This document shows, piece after piece, positions 61,491 through 64,000 of a stretch of DNA of 64,000 nt. The position numbers and the translations under genes are program-made. The stretch covers positions 11,518,795 through 11,582,794 of the forward strand of contig NC_092670.1 of the NCBI RefSeq assembly GCF_964355755.1, given 5' to 3'. The stretch comes from Antedon mediterranea. Taxonomy: Eukaryota > Animalia > Echinodermata. The notes beneath the pieces were generated by a model. That model saw nothing but the letters and a program-made list of their open reading frames with translations. It was not told where the DNA came from and did no database searches. Within the stretch, counting starts at the first letter, position 1, and every line of letters begins with the position of its first letter.

Positions 61491-61805
61491 TTAGGCTTGG
61501 TTCTCACTCTATTGAGTACCAAACGCAAGTAGTTTGAGCAATCACGACGCGATGGTCAATTTTTCTCTTGCGTTGTGCGTAAGCCATTTTGATGCGTCTC
61601 GTCTAATTGAATCTATTTAGGAAAATGTGGAGCCAATTATCATGGATTAGACTACATAATAAATTGGCAGGTGTTATACGTTTTGTAGACTACAGTACGT
61701 ACACAGCCAGCCGCAGCCGCTTCCTAATTCTGACGTACCGTACATTTTTGACCAGTCGATACGTCCATAGACTTGTTAGAAAGAAGGTTGATTTCAATTC
61801 CCTAA

Positions 61806-61984
61806 AGCTTGGTTCCCACTAGAACGTAACGCGAGGACGTAAACGCAACTCAAGCGTTTTAACCAATGACAAGCGAAGTTATAGACAGTTAGCAATCACA
61901 AGCGAATAAGCCATCGCTTGTGATTGGTCAATTCACTTGCGTTGTATTACGTCCTTGCGTTGCGTCGCTAGTGGGAACCACGCT
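61806..61984. mobile_element. MITE family B (AGC.TGGTTCCCACTAG TIR, TWA flanks; PIF/Harbinger-like)
   Basis: agcttggttcccactagaacgtaacgc ... gcgttgcgtcgctagtgggaaccacgct; degenerate relatives at ~34875-35090, ~43750-43900, ~57560-57680 and ~61494-61600. Confidence 0.8.
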
Positions 61985-62218
61985 TTAGCGTCAAGGGAGT
62001 GGGTTGTGGGATTGTGATGCTTATAGTGTCTTCCGTTGTTGGAAGTAGAGGCTATAATCTTTCTCTCTGCATTTTGAATAAGTAAGGTAGGCCTATAGTT
62101 AGGATATCAAATGTTGTAACTTCTCCTAATTTGTTGAGGAAATGGACTATGGCACTATGGCGATAATAAAAACAAGTACTGTATTACATAATGATTCTGT
62201 ATTTTTTTATTTAAATAA

Positions 62219-64000
62219 ATGAGTAAAATGATTAATTGGAACGAAAAAAAACAAACAATAAAGCAAAGATCTCGTGCTAAGTGGATAGAAGAGGCTGAAA
62301 AGCCAACCAAATTTTTCTTAGGTCTCGAGAAAACTAACTTTACGAACAAATTAATAGACGAATTAATAGATGAAGAAAAAAAAAACTATATTGGACAATA
62401 AACTTATAATAAAGGAAGTTGAGCATTTTTACAGTTCTTTATATAAAAAAAAAGATATAGAGCAAATAGATTTAAACGTATTAATAACAAACCAGAACTT
62501 CGAAAAAGTTTCAGAAGAAGAATCTCAAAAGCTTGAGAGTGAATTGACCTTAGCTGAGCTTACAAATGCACTCAATAAAATGAAAAACAACAAATCACCT
62601 GGAACAGACGGCTTTACGTCTGAATTTTTCAAGATTTTTTGGGGGAAACTGGGTGCTCTACTTCTTCGTTCTATGAAATATGGCTTTAAAACTTGTAATC
62701 TTTCAGTCACTCAAAAACAGGGAGCAATCACTCTAATCCCAAAGGCGAATAAATCAAGAAAAGAATTAAAAAATTGGCGTCCTATATCTTTATTAAATGT
62801 TGCTTACAAAATTGCTTCATCGGCCATAGCAGAGAGGCTAAAATCTGTCTTTCCAAATATCAATTAATGAAAACCAAGCGGGATTTATAAAAGGAGAAAA
62901 TGTTCGTATTTTATATGATATCCTCTCACTCTATGACGAAAAAAACCTACCTGGTCTCGTATTACTGGTAGATTTCGAGAAAGCTTTTGATTCCCTGGCG
63001 TTCAAATTTATTGATAAGTGTTTGACCTTCTTTAATTTTGGACCAACTCTTAAGAAATGGTGTGGACTTTTTTACACGAATATCTCTTCATGCGTTCTAG
63101 TTAATGGACACCCCAGCAATTTTTTCAATATTGAAAGAGGTTGCAGACAGGGCGATCCGCTATCTCCATACCTTTTTATTCTGGGAGTGGAAATTCTAAA
63201 CATGATGGTACGCCAAAATATTAATATTAAAGGAGTAACAATTGATACCTCTGAGATTAAAATGTTACAATACGCAGATGACACTGCATTTATTCTGAAC
63301 GGCTCACACAAATCACTTACTGAATGCATGAGTACACTTTCAACATTTGAAAAGATGTCTGGTTTAAAAATTAACATTTCTAAATCCAAAGCAATATGGT
63401 TTGGATTAAAAAAGTTCTCGAGTGAACAAATTAATACTAATTCAAATCTTGACTGGTGTGATAAAGGCCGTTTTGATTTTTTTGGTGTTACATTTGACTT
63501 AGAAATAAGCAAAATGACTAAAATAAATGTTGAAGAGATAACTGGTAAAATTAGGTCTACTATCAATGTGTGGCGTAAGAGAAATCTTACTGTGTTGGGA
63601 AGATTAACTGTGTTAAAATCTCTAATATTATCAAAACTTAATTATATTTTCACAATGTTGCCAAACCCTACTACAGCTTATCTAAATGAACTTAATAGGA
63701 TGTTTTTTTAATTTTGTCTGGAAGGGAAAGGATAAAATCAAAAGAAATAAGCTAATTAGAGAGTATAAGGATGGCGGAATTAACATGATTGATATCTTCA
63801 GTTACATAAAGGCATTTAAGATTAGTTGGATGCGAAGAATTTGTAACAACACTGGAATTCTCAATGTAGTTTTCAACAAAATATGCCATGGTAAAAAAAC
63901 TGAATCAATCTTTGAATACGGCTCATGCATGATTCAGAGGCTGTCGAAAAATATGAACAATTTGTTCTGGAGAGATGTTCTCCATTCATGGTCCGAGTTT
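62219..64000 (+). mobile_element. Decayed, 5'-truncated Tx1/L1-clade non-LTR retrotransposon (ORF2 reverse transcriptase)
   Basis: RSRAKWIEEAEKPTKFFLGLEK, KSPGTDG, WRPISLLN, DFEKAFDS, RGCRQGDPLSPYLF and YADDT; frameshifts at ~62385, ~62866 and ~63710; runs off the window. Confidence 0.93.

Overview
AT-rich, intron-containing animal (eukaryotic) DNA; the gene and repeat content suggests a marine invertebrate deuterostome such as an echinoderm (inference). The left half (1-28.7 kb) is a small tRNA-His/tRNA-Trp cluster heavily invaded by transposons. It holds an intact Helentron Rep-PIF1-endonuclease ORF followed by a nested stack of related non-autonomous units. It also holds a 13.1-kb TGT..ACA element with a CCGG target duplication (Ginger1-like) inserted into a tRNA-His gene; this element contains a higher-order satellite, a LINE remnant and a 7.9-kb foldback palindrome with a 7-bp TSD, one arm of which carries a TTAA MITE. 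The right half holds five spliced genes reconstructed by hand with consistent exon phases: CMC1 (-), STAM (+), a divergent Rab7-like GTPase (-), SMNDC1/SPF30 (+) and an ST8Sia sialyltransferase (+). These are interspersed with many MITEs, minisatellites and a decayed Tx1/L1 LINE. The strongest novelty candidate is the Rab7-like gene: a 104-codon helical exon resembling an LTR-retrotransposon Gag N-terminus splices in frame onto the GTPase. No database searches were run; family assignments come from remembered motifs.
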